A stretch of DNA of 63,745 nucleotides from Chloroflexota bacterium (GTDB lineage Bacteria > Chloroflexota > Anaerolineae > Epilineales > SHYO01), in NCBI GenBank assembly GCA_009692745.1, contig SHYO01000001.1, forward strand, positions 1-63,745. The letters run 5' to 3'. Each line of letters begins with the position of its first letter. The first letter of the stretch is position 1. Position numbers and translations under genes: made by a program. Positions 34,497 through 44,925 of this stretch are shown here, in pieces. The notes below the pieces were generated by a model that saw only the letters and a program-made list of their open reading frames with translations, was not told the DNA's origin and made no database searches.

Positions 34497-37400
34497 ATGC
34501 CCACCAGATACCCATCTCAAAAGCCCTTGGGACAAACATCCGATGCCGGAAAATCCCTCTTCGCCCGATCCTTTGGAAGCGCAGGGACCTGGGTCCGCAA
34601 GCAGTCTGCCGGGCGCGGTTTCGCCATGCTGTCTCGCCTGGCTGCCGGCCTGGTATTGATAATTCTGGCATTGGCGGCGCCCGCCGGACGTGCGGTGAAC
34701 GCTGCAGGTCCTTCACAGCCGGCAGAAGTCGTTATTCATTCCATCGGCGGGATGCTATATCCTTCGTTGGATCTTTCGCAGCCGGAGCAATTGGTAGAGC
34801 CGTTGCCTGCTGCCCGGCCGCCTGCCTCTCCTGCCCCCAGCGGCGTAGCGGCTCTGACCCAGGCCGGCATCCCCAACGGCGGCTTTGAGGCCGGTTCCCT
34901 GGCGCCCTGGACCAGCAGCGGCAGCGCGAACCACGTAGAGATCCTGACGGCTGCCAACTTCACCCCCCCCGTCGGCAATCCCACCGAGGGCACCCATTTT
35001 GTGTTGCTCTGTACCGGTCCTGCCACCGTCACTGGCGCGGGCCAGGGGAATATTGATGGGGACCTGTCCAACACGCCGGAATTTGACACCTCTATCCTGA
35101 CCCAGGTTTTGAACCTGACGGTCAGTGACGTGCCGGCCATTCTGAGTTTCGACTGGATCTTTCTGACGGCTGAACGCGCTAGTGCGCTAGATCCTTTTGA
35201 TGATATTTTTCGCGTTCAGCTCAACAACAGCAACATCCTTGTGGGCAGCAGACCCGGTGGCATCTCTCCCTTCCCAGATATCAACGCCAATGCCCCAGGC
35301 GCCATAGTTTCCAGCCCCCCTGGCGGCAACAGCACCAACGGCTGTAATTTTCCCATCCGCACCAATTTCTCCAAGTTTAGCACCATTATTACCGATCCCG
35401 GCACCTACACCCTGCAATTCCTGGTAGCTGATCAGGGCGATGCCAACGTGGACTCCGGTCTGCTGATTGATAATGTCAAGCTTTCGCCGGAATTGGATGT
35501 CTCGGTTACCAAGAGCGCCACCCCCGATCCCGCCGTAGCCGGCCAACCCCTGGTCTACGACCTGACGGTGAAAGTGGATGGCATCGGTACAGCCACAGGT
35601 GTCGTCGTTACCGATACCTTGCCGGCGGAAGTGGATTACCTGACCGATACCAGCAACGGCGCCTGTATCTTTAATCCCGGCCCCCGGGAATTGGTTTGTA
35701 ACCTGGGCGATATCCTGGGCAACACCAGCCGCAGCTTCAAAATCGACACCCGCGTAAAGGAAGGCGCGCGCGCCGGCGGCGCTTTGAAGGTCACCAATTC
35801 TCTGGTCGTGACCTCCATCTCTCCCGACCGCGACTTGTCCAACAATACCTTCAACTTGCAGACGATTTTACGCGACCAGGCAGATCTGAAGATCAGCAAA
35901 GTCAGCAAGCCGGACACGAATGTGCGCGCTGGCGACTTGTTCACCTATACTATCTTTGTAGATAACTATGGTCCTTCAGCGGCGCGCAATGTGGTGGTGA
36001 CGGATACCATCCTCTCCAGCGGCGCCTGGCAATTCGTGTCTTGTACCCCCTTAGAGACTCCCCAAGGCGCCATTCCGGGGAGCCTTTCCTGCGGCCCCAA
36101 CAATACGTTAAACCTGTTGATTGCCACTATCAATCCGTTGCCGCCCCTGTCACCGCAGAATCCCGGCCGGTACACGCTGCAGGTGGTGCTACGCGCCAAT
36201 CAGGCTCAGGATGTCAATAACGCTGTGCGGGTGACCAGCGACACGCCGGACACCGACACTTCCAATAATCAGGCCACCGACTTCATCCACGTCGATGCCG
36301 TCGCCGACCTGAAGATGACCAAGATTGGTACGGACATCGGTACTAACCCGGATGGCAACCCCTTCTCCGTCCTGGCGGGGCAGAGTGTGCAGTGGACTAT
36401 TGTGATCAGCAATGCCGGCCCGAGCACATCCCAAAATGTGGTCGTGGTCGACCGCCTACCTGCCGGCCTGGTCAAAGGCTCCATCTTCGCCCTGGCGACT
36501 ACGCCCCAACCGGGCGGCGGCCAGTGTAATTTGGGCACACCTAGCGATTTCCAACAGCCTCTGCGCTGCCAGTTGGGCAATTTGTTGCCCGGTCAGATAG
36601 CTACCGTTATCATCCAGGCCGATATTGATCCCAGCTATGTGGCCAACCAGGTTAACACCCAGTTTGCCAACTACCTGCCCAATGATGCTTTCCTGACGAC
36701 CGACACGCTGGATCCCGATACGCGCAACAACATCGTCTACGATGCCCTGGTCCGGGTGGATGCCCTGGCCAACTTGATTGCCACCAAAGTAGACCAGCCG
36801 GACCCGGTGCGCGCCGGCAAGCCCCTGGCCTATATTATCACGATCTCCAACACCGGCCCGTCGACGGCCGAGAATGTGGTCCTGTCTGATACTTTGCCGG
36901 CCAACGTCACCTTCCAATCGGCCTCCATCGTCAACGGAAATAGTCTACAAAGCTGTACCTTCAGCGCCGGCGCCCAATCCGTCTATTGTTCTTTGGGGAA
37001 TCTGCCGCCCGCTCCGCCGACCGTCACCGTGTTGATCAATACGCTGGTGAATATCGACGCGCCCGCCGGTCCCATTACCAACATTGCCAACGTGACCTCC
37101 GACACCAACGATGGTAACCCGGCCAACAACACCAATATCAGCGCCGTCACCCAGGTGCTCACCGAGGCCGACCTGGATATTATCAACTCGGTCACCGATA
37201 CGCCTGACCCGGTGGTCGCCGGTACCATCCTCAAGTACCACATTCACGTCATCAACCACGGCCCATCCCAGGCGCCTACGCCTACGATCACCAACACCTT
37301 TACCTTTGCCGGCAATCCGGCCGGCGCCGGCTTTGTCACCTTCGCCGGAGCCACCGAGTTGTGCTCCCCGGTAGGCGTGGACCAGATCGTCTGCAATTTG

Positions 37401-40400
37401 CAGACAACCTTGCCCCCAGCCGGGGCCCACAGCTTTGACCTCTTCGTCAAGGTCTCCCCGAGCTTCATCGGCGTGATTACCGATACAGCCACCACCAGCA
37501 GCCCGGTCTTTGACCCCATCCTGGCTAACAATACCTTCGTCCAGGATACGCGCGTCACCGATCAGGCCGACCTGAGTATTACCAAGATCGGCGATCCCGA
37601 TGTTACCGTGGTGGCGGGCGAGCTGCTAACCTATACCATTACCGTGGACAACTACGGTCCCTCCGATGCCCGCAACCTGGTGCTCACCGACACGCTGGAT
37701 CCTAAGGTCACTTTCGTTTCCGCTGCGACCTCAGCGCCCTCCACCCGCACCGGTCCCAATCCCTTGGTGTGGAGTTTCACCAATCGTCTAGCAGCCGGTG
37801 GTCGTATCTCCGTCACGGTGGTGGTGCGGGCTAACAGCGATATCGGCCGGCCTTTCGATGCCTTCAGCAACCGGGTGGAGGTGCGCAGCTCGGCCTTTGA
37901 CCCCGACCTGACCAACAATGCTGCCACACTCTTCACCGCGCCAGTGAGCTTCGCCGATTTGGCGGTGACTAAGGCGGAGATCGGCCAGGTAGCCAATGTG
38001 CCTGGCCCCGGCATCAGCCTGCTGCCCAACCGGGTGACCGCCGGCCTGACCCTGACCTACACCCTGAAGATCACGAACAACGGTCCCTCGTCGGCCGAGA
38101 ACGTGGTCTTAATTGACCGCCTGCCGCCGGGGCTCACAGTCCTACCTGGTGGGATTACCACTTCGCCGGGCGGCAGTTGCACGGCGGGAACACCTGGCCA
38201 GGCGGCGGATAAGCTGACTTGCGGCTTCGGCACCCTGGCAGCGGGCGCCAGCGCGGCCATTACCATCACTGCGACGGTCGATCCGGCCGTGGTCGATGGC
38301 ACCATCCTGGCGAATGATGCCCAGGTTTACAGCGATGCCTTCGATCCCAACAATACTAACAACTATGTCACCAACCTGACCCGCGTCGATGCCGTGGCCG
38401 ATGTCTCCGTGACCAAGACCGACTTCCCTGACCCGGTGATTGCCGGCCAGCAGTTGGAGTACGAGATCATAGTGGAGAATGCCGGTCCCTCGGTGTCGCG
38501 GGATGTGGTGATTGAGGATTTCTTGCCGTTTGGATTGGGCGTGCTCAGGGTTAACATGACCAACAATCCCGCCGGCTTCTGCAGTATTCGCACTACCCCG
38601 AACGAGGTGATAGACTGCACCTTGGGAGACCTCCCGCCGGGCAAGCGCCTGGTGATCGTTGTAACCGGCCTGGTCGACCCGCGTGTCCCTGAAGGGGCGG
38701 TACTGACCAATGACGTGCAGGTCTTCAATCCCAATAGTAATGGGACCGCCGATCCTGATTTGACCAACAACGAGGCTATCGAGGATACCGACGTCCTGGC
38801 TGTGGCCGACCTGGTTATCCAGAAATCCGACAAACCGGAAGTGGTCTACGCCGGGACCCAGAAGAAATACACGGTGACGGTTACCAACAAGGGTCCCTCG
38901 GACGCGCTAAACGTGGTCGTCACCGACACGTTGCCGGGCGGCGCCGGCTACCAGGTGGACACCGCCTCCTGTGATGTGGATGCGGCGCACCCGGCCTATG
39001 AAGCCATTATGAAGGGGCCCAACGAGTCACCTCCCGTTACCAACACTATCGCCAGCGGCCTGGCTTCCTTTATCCTGGATAAGAATACGCGGCAGCTTTC
39101 CTACTTCGTCGCGGTAACCGATATTACCCGCACCATTACCGCCGGTCACATCCATACAGGCACGGCGGGCGTGGCGGGTGGGGTCCTGATCCCCATCCCC
39201 AACGCCACTTCTCTGAGCCCCGGCAATCCCATCTTCGGCACGCTGGATCTGAGCGGGGGGGACAAGGACGCGCTGGTAAACAACTTGCTGGCTGGCGGGG
39301 GCGGCTTCTATATTAATTTCCATACCGCCGCGCACCCCGGCGGCGAAATCCGCGGCCAGATATATCCCGCGCCGGCGCGCTCCCTGGGGTGCCCATTGGG
39401 CACTATCCCGGCCGGTGAGACGCGCACCTTCGACATTTTCGCCCTGGTGCTGCCTGAGGCCGTGCCTGGTACGATTATCACCAATACCGCCACCGTCATC
39501 AGCACCGTCTTCGATCCCAACCTGGCCAACAATACCAGCGATACCTACAGCGGCATCGCTATTGCCAAGAACCTGGTGTTGGGGCAGGCTGACTTGCGGG
39601 TTACCAAATTTGGCAAGCCCGACGGCGACGTCCGCGCTGGGACCAACCTGACCTACACCATCATCGTGGATAACCTGGGCACCGGTTTCGCTCACAACGT
39701 GGTTTTGACGGAGCTATTGCAATCCAGCAATGTCTTCACCATGACCTCCATCACCTCCGACCGTCCTGCTATCTGTAGTCCGACAGCGCCGCCGGACCTG
39801 CGCGCCCAGGAACGGCTGCAGTTCCAGTGCCAGCTCCAGGAGCCGCTGGAAGTCCTGACGCCCAATGCCTCCGGCCGCTGGATTATCACCGTGGTGGTAC
39901 ACGGCGACCAGACCCAGGACATCAACAACTTTGCCATCGTCACCAGCGAGGACTTCGATCCCGACACTACCAACAACAAAGCCTTCGTGGAGCACAACAT
40001 CACCGACGTCTCCGATCTACGGATTACCAAGGCCGAGATCGGCGAGGTCCAGGTGAACGGCCAACCCGGCGGCGTAGTGACCCTGGTGCCCAACCAGGTG
40101 ACAGCCGGCCGTGACCTCACCTATACCCTCTCCATCCATAACTTCGGGCCGTCGATTGCCGAGAACGTGATCGTCTACGACCGGCTGCCGCCGGGCATTG
40201 TGCTGACCGGTTATGAGAGCAGCGCCGGGTTCTGTACTACCGGCACCCCCGGCAATCCGCAGGACCAGATGAAGTGCGGCGTGGGCACGCTCTACGTCAA
40301 CTATGACGCCACGATCACCATTACGGCGCACGTGCTGCCGTCGCTGGACCCCGGCACAATTCTGGAGAACGACGCCTTCGTCATCTCCGATATCTTCGAC

Positions 40401-43400
40401 CCGACCAATGCCAATAACTACGCCACCAACTTGACCACCGTCAGCACCTGGGCCGACCTGAGCATAAGCAAGAGCGCCCGTGGCGACAATATCACCGGCT
40501 ACGATACCGCCACGGGTCAGTTTACCAAGACCCAGTTGGACAACCAGGTGACGGCCGGGGAATTGCTGCAATATACCCTGGTGATCACCAACGGCGGGCC
40601 GTCGGATGCCCGCGGGGTGATCCTGACCGACACCTTGCCGGCCCCGGCCGGGCCGCTGGCCATAGTCAACTTCGTCAGCGCCGATGGCGCCCTGTGCCGC
40701 CAGGATCCGGTGGACCGCAACGTGGTAGTCTGTACCCTGGACACCATCCCGGTGGGGGGGAAACGCACGGTACATATCGTGGTGCGGGTGGACCCGACGG
40801 TGCCCAACGGCACAGTGATCACGAATAACGTGGTGGTATCCGCTGCCACCCGGGACCCGTTCCTGGCTAACAACAGCGCTACCAACGCTACCACCGTGAA
40901 TGCGGTGGCCGATGTATGGATTACCAAGGTAGATGTACCGGCCGAGGCGCGGCTGGATAAGCCCTTTGAGCCGGATCAGGCAGTGGCGGGGAAAGAGCAT
41001 CGCTACCAGATCACGTTCGGCAACAACGGCATCTCGGCAGCTCAGAATGTGGTGATTACCGATGTGCTGGATGTGAAGCAAGCCGCTATCCTGGGGGAGA
41101 CCCTGGTGCGCTGCGAGCCGATCGACCCGGATGACCAGGTGACCTGCAGCCAGGCGGCCGGCATCGTGACGGTCACCGGTTTCAAGCACCGCAACGAGAC
41201 GGTGCTGCCGGGAGCGTTGGCGCCGGCTAGTAACTTCAGATTCTATCTGGTGACGAAGGTGGACTCCGGCTACGTGCTGGATGCGGCGGCGGGCAAGTTC
41301 CTGGCGGAGCTGCCCGGCTGGGGACCGATCGCCAGCGATACGGCCTTTATTTCCAGCACTACCACGGATGTGCGCCCCCAGAACAACCGGGACACGGAAC
41401 AGACGGAGATCATCGCCGAGGCCGACCTGGTGATCGCCAAGACCGACAGCACCGGCGCTTTCCTGGCCGGCGACCCGGTGGTCCGCGGTGGGGAGATCCT
41501 CTATACCATTACGGTGACGAATACCGGCCCGTCGGACGCGGCCCAGGTCTACGTGGTAGACTGGCTGCCGGCCGGGCTGATCCTGGACCCGAACCTGGTG
41601 ACGGTGACGGTGCCGGCGGGCAGCGTGGTGGTGGAGAAGCGGGATGACGGGCGGATTACCGTGATCTTGGGGAACGACCTCAGCAACGCCGGGACCCCTC
41701 AGTCCGGGCGCATCAACACCGGGCATACCTACAGCTTCACCATCCGGGTGCGGGTGGCGAACACAGCCCCTTGTGGCGCGGTCTTGCAGAACCGGGCGAC
41801 GGTGGAGACGAGGCGCAACGATACCATCTGGCCGCCGGTGAACGGCTTCGCGCGCACGCCCACGCTGGATCCCAACCCGGCGAACAACACCGTGGTGGAA
41901 GGGACGCTGATCGTCTGCCCGTCGATCCAGGTGAATAAGACAGTCAGCTTCGACGGCACCTGCCCGGGCACGGATAACATCGCCGTAGCCAAGCCGGGTG
42001 TGCCGATCACCTTCTGCTACCAGATCAAGAACACGGGAGATACCTTCCTGGACACGATCCGCATCACTGACACCTTCACGACGCGCCAGGGGACGCAGAT
42101 CATCTTCACCGACCTGATCACCTTTGGCCTGGACGTCGGCTTGCCGATTGCCCCCGGGGAGACGGTGACGCGCTCGGTGCGTATTCCCTCGCTGTACTTC
42201 GCCGCCTGCGGCACGAACATCAACCAAGTGATCGTGACGGCTATCCCGACGAACTCGGGGCGCACGGTGCTGCTGAGCGTGCCGGGGGTGTCGGCTAAGG
42301 ACGAGGCGCGGGTGGATGTACCCTGTGAGGGGGTGGACTTCCGGCTGCAGTTGCCGATATTGGACAACAGCACCTGCCAGAGTTACATCACGATCCAGAA
42401 CTACGGCGACGCGCCCACCAAGGCGATGGTGGTGATCTGGGGCCAGCCGGGCTACTGCCCACCTCAAGCCACCGGGCCGATCAAGATCGAGTGTACCGGG
42501 CTGCTGCTGCCGGGGAGCTCGTGGGTGGTGGCGCCTTCCCACATGCCGGCCGGCGCCCACAGTGCTGTGGTTTATTCCATGAACGCAGTGGACAAGGTAC
42601 GGGACAGCCGGGGCAACCTGGTGCCCTTCTCCGACATCGCTTGCTATTCGCTCTACCAGAATATTGTCTTCAATGACGCCGAGTGGTACCTCTTCGACCA
42701 GGCCTATCGCAACCAGGGTATATACTATGGTCCCGTTGGTGTTAATGGCAGCCAATTGCAACTGGATTTCGGCGCCCACCAGGGGGAACCTCTGGCTGTG
42801 GAAGTTGATCGCACTTGCCCCGGCGATGTGACCCCCGGCTTCAAGGCCAGCGCCGCCTACACCGGCATCTCGTCGGATATGGAGGGCGCGCCTGACCCGA
42901 CCTTCGGCGGGTATGCCTACTACGTGCCCTTGATCTACACCCAGGGGCAGGGCGGCTACAATACCACCCTCTGGATCCAGAACTCCGGCGACCAGTGCAC
43001 CTCCGTCGAGATCTACTTCCAGAAGCAGGACAACTGTCTGCACCCGACGATCGGCGAGATCCTGACCCTGGCTCCCGGCGAGACCATCGGCTTCGACCCG
43101 GCCAGCGTTTTGCCGGCGAACCCGCCCTGGCAGGGCAGCGCCTGGGTGCGGGCTTCCAAGCCGTTGGGTGTGGTGGTGGATGTGCGCGGTAAGAACATGT
43201 TCGGCTCCTACGTAGGGGTGCCGGCCCAGTTGCAGACTACCTTTAACGGTACGCCGGAGTTCAGCTTTGGCACCGCGGTGAACTACGCGCCCTTGATCTA
43301 CCGCGAGTATAACGGCTGGCAGACGGGCATCCAGGTACAGAACCTGAGCTCGGTCACTAACGCCAAGGTCAAGGTCTACTTCGTCGATCACACCGGCGGC

Positions 43401-44111
43401 ATCATCGCCACGGTGGTCGACTGGATCTGCCCGCGCGGCTCGCAGACCTTCTTCTTGCCGGTGATCAATGGGTTGCCGGGGAACTATGTGGGGGCGGCGC
43501 GCATCGAGTCTCAGAACTGGTGGACTCCTGGCGATCCGAGTGTACAAGCTCCTAATGTGTTGTCGGTGGTGAACCTGGTGAAGTACGCCGACCAGAGCAG
43601 CACGACCACCCCGTTGGAGATGGCGATGTACAACGCCCTGCCGGAGTGGAAGAGCTTCGACTGGCAGATCGGCAAGCCGCCGGGCCTGCTGGGGATGGGC
43701 TTGTTGGGTGTGCCGCTGGTGTCAAAGGGCGCGCTGAATCAGATCTACAGCGAGCTTGCGATCCAGAACCTGAACCCGAACCCTGGCTTCACCGACTTTG
43801 CGATCTTCTTCTACGACCAGAACGGGTTACTCGACACGGTCTGCGAGAAGCTGAACGAGAAGCAGGTGGAGTACATTGATCTGGCCTCGTGGGGCTTCGT
43901 GCCGAACGGCTTCAACGGGTCGGTGGTGATCTCAGCTACGCGCACGACGCAGCCTGGTGGCTTCGGCCTGGCGGGGGTGGTGGTGGAGCGGATAGGGCGG
44001 AGTTTGACCCAACCGCAGCTCCAGGGGGACGAGACGAAGGCGTATGAGATGTTCCCCATGTTCTTCCCCTTCACCTTCCCGGTGACGCCGACGTGTCCGG
44101 GACAACCTTAG
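34497..44111 (+). CDS. Giant secreted DUF11-repeat surface protein B (3204 aa) with N-terminal jelly-roll-like domain, embedded CHRD domain and shared four-repeat C-terminal region
   Basis: GGGAGGA 9 nt before the ATG. Hydrophobic segment MLSRLAAGLVLIILALAAPA after a 43-aa basic leader. NGGFEAGSLAPWT...LIDNVKL domain at 34864-35490, about 15 DUF11 repeats, and a C-terminus nearly identical to giant A. Confidence 0.9.
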   Translation: MPTRYPSQKPLGQTSDAGKSLFARSFGSAGTWVRKQSAGRGFAMLSRLAAGLVLIILALAAPAGRAVNAAGPSQPAEVVIHSIGGMLYPSLDLSQPEQLVEPLPAARPPASPAPSGVAALTQAGIPNGGFEAGSLAPWTSSGSANHVEILTAANFTPPVGNPTEGTHFVLLCTGPATVTGAGQGNIDGDLSNTPEFDTSILTQVLNLTVSDVPAILSFDWIFLTAERASALDPFDDIFRVQLNNSNILVGSRPGGISPFPDINANAPGAIVSSPPGGNSTNGCNFPIRTNFSKFSTIITDPGTYTLQFLVADQGDANVDSGLLIDNVKLSPELDVSVTKSATPDPAVAGQPLVYDLTVKVDGIGTATGVVVTDTLPAEVDYLTDTSNGACIFNPGPRELVCNLGDILGNTSRSFKIDTRVKEGARAGGALKVTNSLVVTSISPDRDLSNNTFNLQTILRDQADLKISKVSKPDTNVRAGDLFTYTIFVDNYGPSAARNVVVTDTILSSGAWQFVSCTPLETPQGAIPGSLSCGPNNTLNLLIATINPLPPLSPQNPGRYTLQVVLRANQAQDVNNAVRVTSDTPDTDTSNNQATDFIHVDAVADLKMTKIGTDIGTNPDGNPFSVLAGQSVQWTIVISNAGPSTSQNVVVVDRLPAGLVKGSIFALATTPQPGGGQCNLGTPSDFQQPLRCQLGNLLPGQIATVIIQADIDPSYVANQVNTQFANYLPNDAFLTTDTLDPDTRNNIVYDALVRVDALANLIATKVDQPDPVRAGKPLAYIITISNTGPSTAENVVLSDTLPANVTFQSASIVNGNSLQSCTFSAGAQSVYCSLGNLPPAPPTVTVLINTLVNIDAPAGPITNIANVTSDTNDGNPANNTNISAVTQVLTEADLDIINSVTDTPDPVVAGTILKYHIHVINHGPSQAPTPTITNTFTFAGNPAGAGFVTFAGATELCSPVGVDQIVCNLQTTLPPAGAHSFDLFVKVSPSFIGVITDTATTSSPVFDPILANNTFVQDTRVTDQADLSITKIGDPDVTVVAGELLTYTITVDNYGPSDARNLVLTDTLDPKVTFVSAATSAPSTRTGPNPLVWSFTNRLAAGGRISVTVVVRANSDIGRPFDAFSNRVEVRSSAFDPDLTNNAATLFTAPVSFADLAVTKAEIGQVANVPGPGISLLPNRVTAGLTLTYTLKITNNGPSSAENVVLIDRLPPGLTVLPGGITTSPGGSCTAGTPGQAADKLTCGFGTLAAGASAAITITATVDPAVVDGTILANDAQVYSDAFDPNNTNNYVTNLTRVDAVADVSVTKTDFPDPVIAGQQLEYEIIVENAGPSVSRDVVIEDFLPFGLGVLRVNMTNNPAGFCSIRTTPNEVIDCTLGDLPPGKRLVIVVTGLVDPRVPEGAVLTNDVQVFNPNSNGTADPDLTNNEAIEDTDVLAVADLVIQKSDKPEVVYAGTQKKYTVTVTNKGPSDALNVVVTDTLPGGAGYQVDTASCDVDAAHPAYEAIMKGPNESPPVTNTIASGLASFILDKNTRQLSYFVAVTDITRTITAGHIHTGTAGVAGGVLIPIPNATSLSPGNPIFGTLDLSGGDKDALVNNLLAGGGGFYINFHTAAHPGGEIRGQIYPAPARSLGCPLGTIPAGETRTFDIFALVLPEAVPGTIITNTATVISTVFDPNLANNTSDTYSGIAIAKNLVLGQADLRVTKFGKPDGDVRAGTNLTYTIIVDNLGTGFAHNVVLTELLQSSNVFTMTSITSDRPAICSPTAPPDLRAQERLQFQCQLQEPLEVLTPNASGRWIITVVVHGDQTQDINNFAIVTSEDFDPDTTNNKAFVEHNITDVSDLRITKAEIGEVQVNGQPGGVVTLVPNQVTAGRDLTYTLSIHNFGPSIAENVIVYDRLPPGIVLTGYESSAGFCTTGTPGNPQDQMKCGVGTLYVNYDATITITAHVLPSLDPGTILENDAFVISDIFDPTNANNYATNLTTVSTWADLSISKSARGDNITGYDTATGQFTKTQLDNQVTAGELLQYTLVITNGGPSDARGVILTDTLPAPAGPLAIVNFVSADGALCRQDPVDRNVVVCTLDTIPVGGKRTVHIVVRVDPTVPNGTVITNNVVVSAATRDPFLANNSATNATTVNAVADVWITKVDVPAEARLDKPFEPDQAVAGKEHRYQITFGNNGISAAQNVVITDVLDVKQAAILGETLVRCEPIDPDDQVTCSQAAGIVTVTGFKHRNETVLPGALAPASNFRFYLVTKVDSGYVLDAAAGKFLAELPGWGPIASDTAFISSTTTDVRPQNNRDTEQTEIIAEADLVIAKTDSTGAFLAGDPVVRGGEILYTITVTNTGPSDAAQVYVVDWLPAGLILDPNLVTVTVPAGSVVVEKRDDGRITVILGNDLSNAGTPQSGRINTGHTYSFTIRVRVANTAPCGAVLQNRATVETRRNDTIWPPVNGFARTPTLDPNPANNTVVEGTLIVCPSIQVNKTVSFDGTCPGTDNIAVAKPGVPITFCYQIKNTGDTFLDTIRITDTFTTRQGTQIIFTDLITFGLDVGLPIAPGETVTRSVRIPSLYFAACGTNINQVIVTAIPTNSGRTVLLSVPGVSAKDEARVDVPCEGVDFRLQLPILDNSTCQSYITIQNYGDAPTKAMVVIWGQPGYCPPQATGPIKIECTGLLLPGSSWVVAPSHMPAGAHSAVVYSMNAVDKVRDSRGNLVPFSDIACYSLYQNIVFNDAEWYLFDQAYRNQGIYYGPVGVNGSQLQLDFGAHQGEPLAVEVDRTCPGDVTPGFKASAAYTGISSDMEGAPDPTFGGYAYYVPLIYTQGQGGYNTTLWIQNSGDQCTSVEIYFQKQDNCLHPTIGEILTLAPGETIGFDPASVLPANPPWQGSAWVRASKPLGVVVDVRGKNMFGSYVGVPAQLQTTFNGTPEFSFGTAVNYAPLIYREYNGWQTGIQVQNLSSVTNAKVKVYFVDHTGGIIATVVDWICPRGSQTFFLPVINGLPGNYVGAARIESQNWWTPGDPSVQAPNVLSVVNLVKYADQSSTTTPLEMAMYNALPEWKSFDWQIGKPPGLLGMGLLGVPLVSKGALNQIYSELAIQNLNPNPGFTDFAIFFYDQNGLLDTVCEKLNEKQVEYIDLASWGFVPNGFNGSVVISATRTTQPGGFGLAGVVVERIGRSLTQPQLQGDETKAYEMFPMFFPFTFPVTPTCPGQP
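38997..39363 (+). other. CHRD domain inserted in the DUF11 array of giant B
   Basis: ITAGHIHTGTAGVAGGVLIPI ... FYINFHTAAHPGGEIRGQI matches the CHRD signature (aHIH.G..G..G.v ... YvN.HT...p.GeIRGQ). Confidence 0.7.
42810..44111 (+). repeat. 1.3-kb dispersed direct repeat, copy 2 (3' end of giant gene B)
   Basis: Partner of 22222-23523, with the same length and no indels. Confidence 0.85.
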
Positions 44112-44217
44112 GGGATGACGCCCGGCAAAGCCGGGAGGGTGGCAGGGTGAGGGGGTGGCAAGTAATGTGCCGAACCCCTAGTTGGGACGGTGACCCTCAC
44201 CAAAAGTGAAATGACAA

Positions 44218-44250
44218 GGGCCGGTGGCTGGAAGTTACAGCTACCGGCCT
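44218..44250 (+). terminator. Terminator-like hairpin after giant gene B
   Basis: gggccggtggctg-gaagtta-cagctaccggcct, a 13-bp stem with G.U positions and a weak T-tract. Confidence 0.35.
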
Positions 44251-44925
44251 TATGCTATGAACATAACCTCATACGACGCTCAACAGGGCAGGGCCGGACA
44301 CGGAGGCACGGAAAATCGACTCCCCCTGCAGGTTCTCTATGGGGCAGTAAAATGAGAGGCAGTGGCCCTGATCGGGCGGCTGCTGACTCGGTTGGCAAGA
44401 GGTATGTCTTTCAGGCTGGGCGTTGTTAAACGTACCAGCCCCCTATATATTATCTAATATAATCTAGAGAAATTTAAGATTCTTAACCCTGCAAACTCTG
44501 TGCATTTCGCACTATTTCATTTCGCTTTTTGCCCTGGTTTCACCTGAATGTTAAAAGGTTTCCCCACAACCCCCCGTAAATCGGCCCACAACCCTACGTA
44601 AATCGCGCCGCCAAATAGGCAGCATGCTGCTAGCATCGTGAGTGAATTTCGCATTGCAGGTTAGCTGTATGGGGCTAATGTCTCAATCGGCAGCCAGTGT
44701 CGTGGCACCATTGGAATGTCGACCTGGGGTCAAAAGTCGAGTTGTCACACCTGCGACTATCCCTGCGCACCGCTATGGTATAATATAACTAAACTTATAG
44801 GACACATCGGTGCCCGGACACCCCAGTGTCCAAAGGAAGATTGTTGTGCTACAAAGTTTCATTACCCCCGCTTCCAGCAGGCGGGCCAATTGTCCATAAG
44901 CATTACTTGCATGGAGGTGTAGGCT

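Noticed and set aside
40017-43547. Very long antisense ORFs inside the giant genes (for example 1176 aa at 40017-43547, 400 aa at 21601-22803, 494 aa at 32212-33696) and inside mutS, P1 and P2
   Set aside because: They lie fully within well-supported sense genes. Their translations are Arg/Gly/His-rich low-complexity sequence typical of the antisense frame of high-GC coding DNA, and they have no RBS or motifs.
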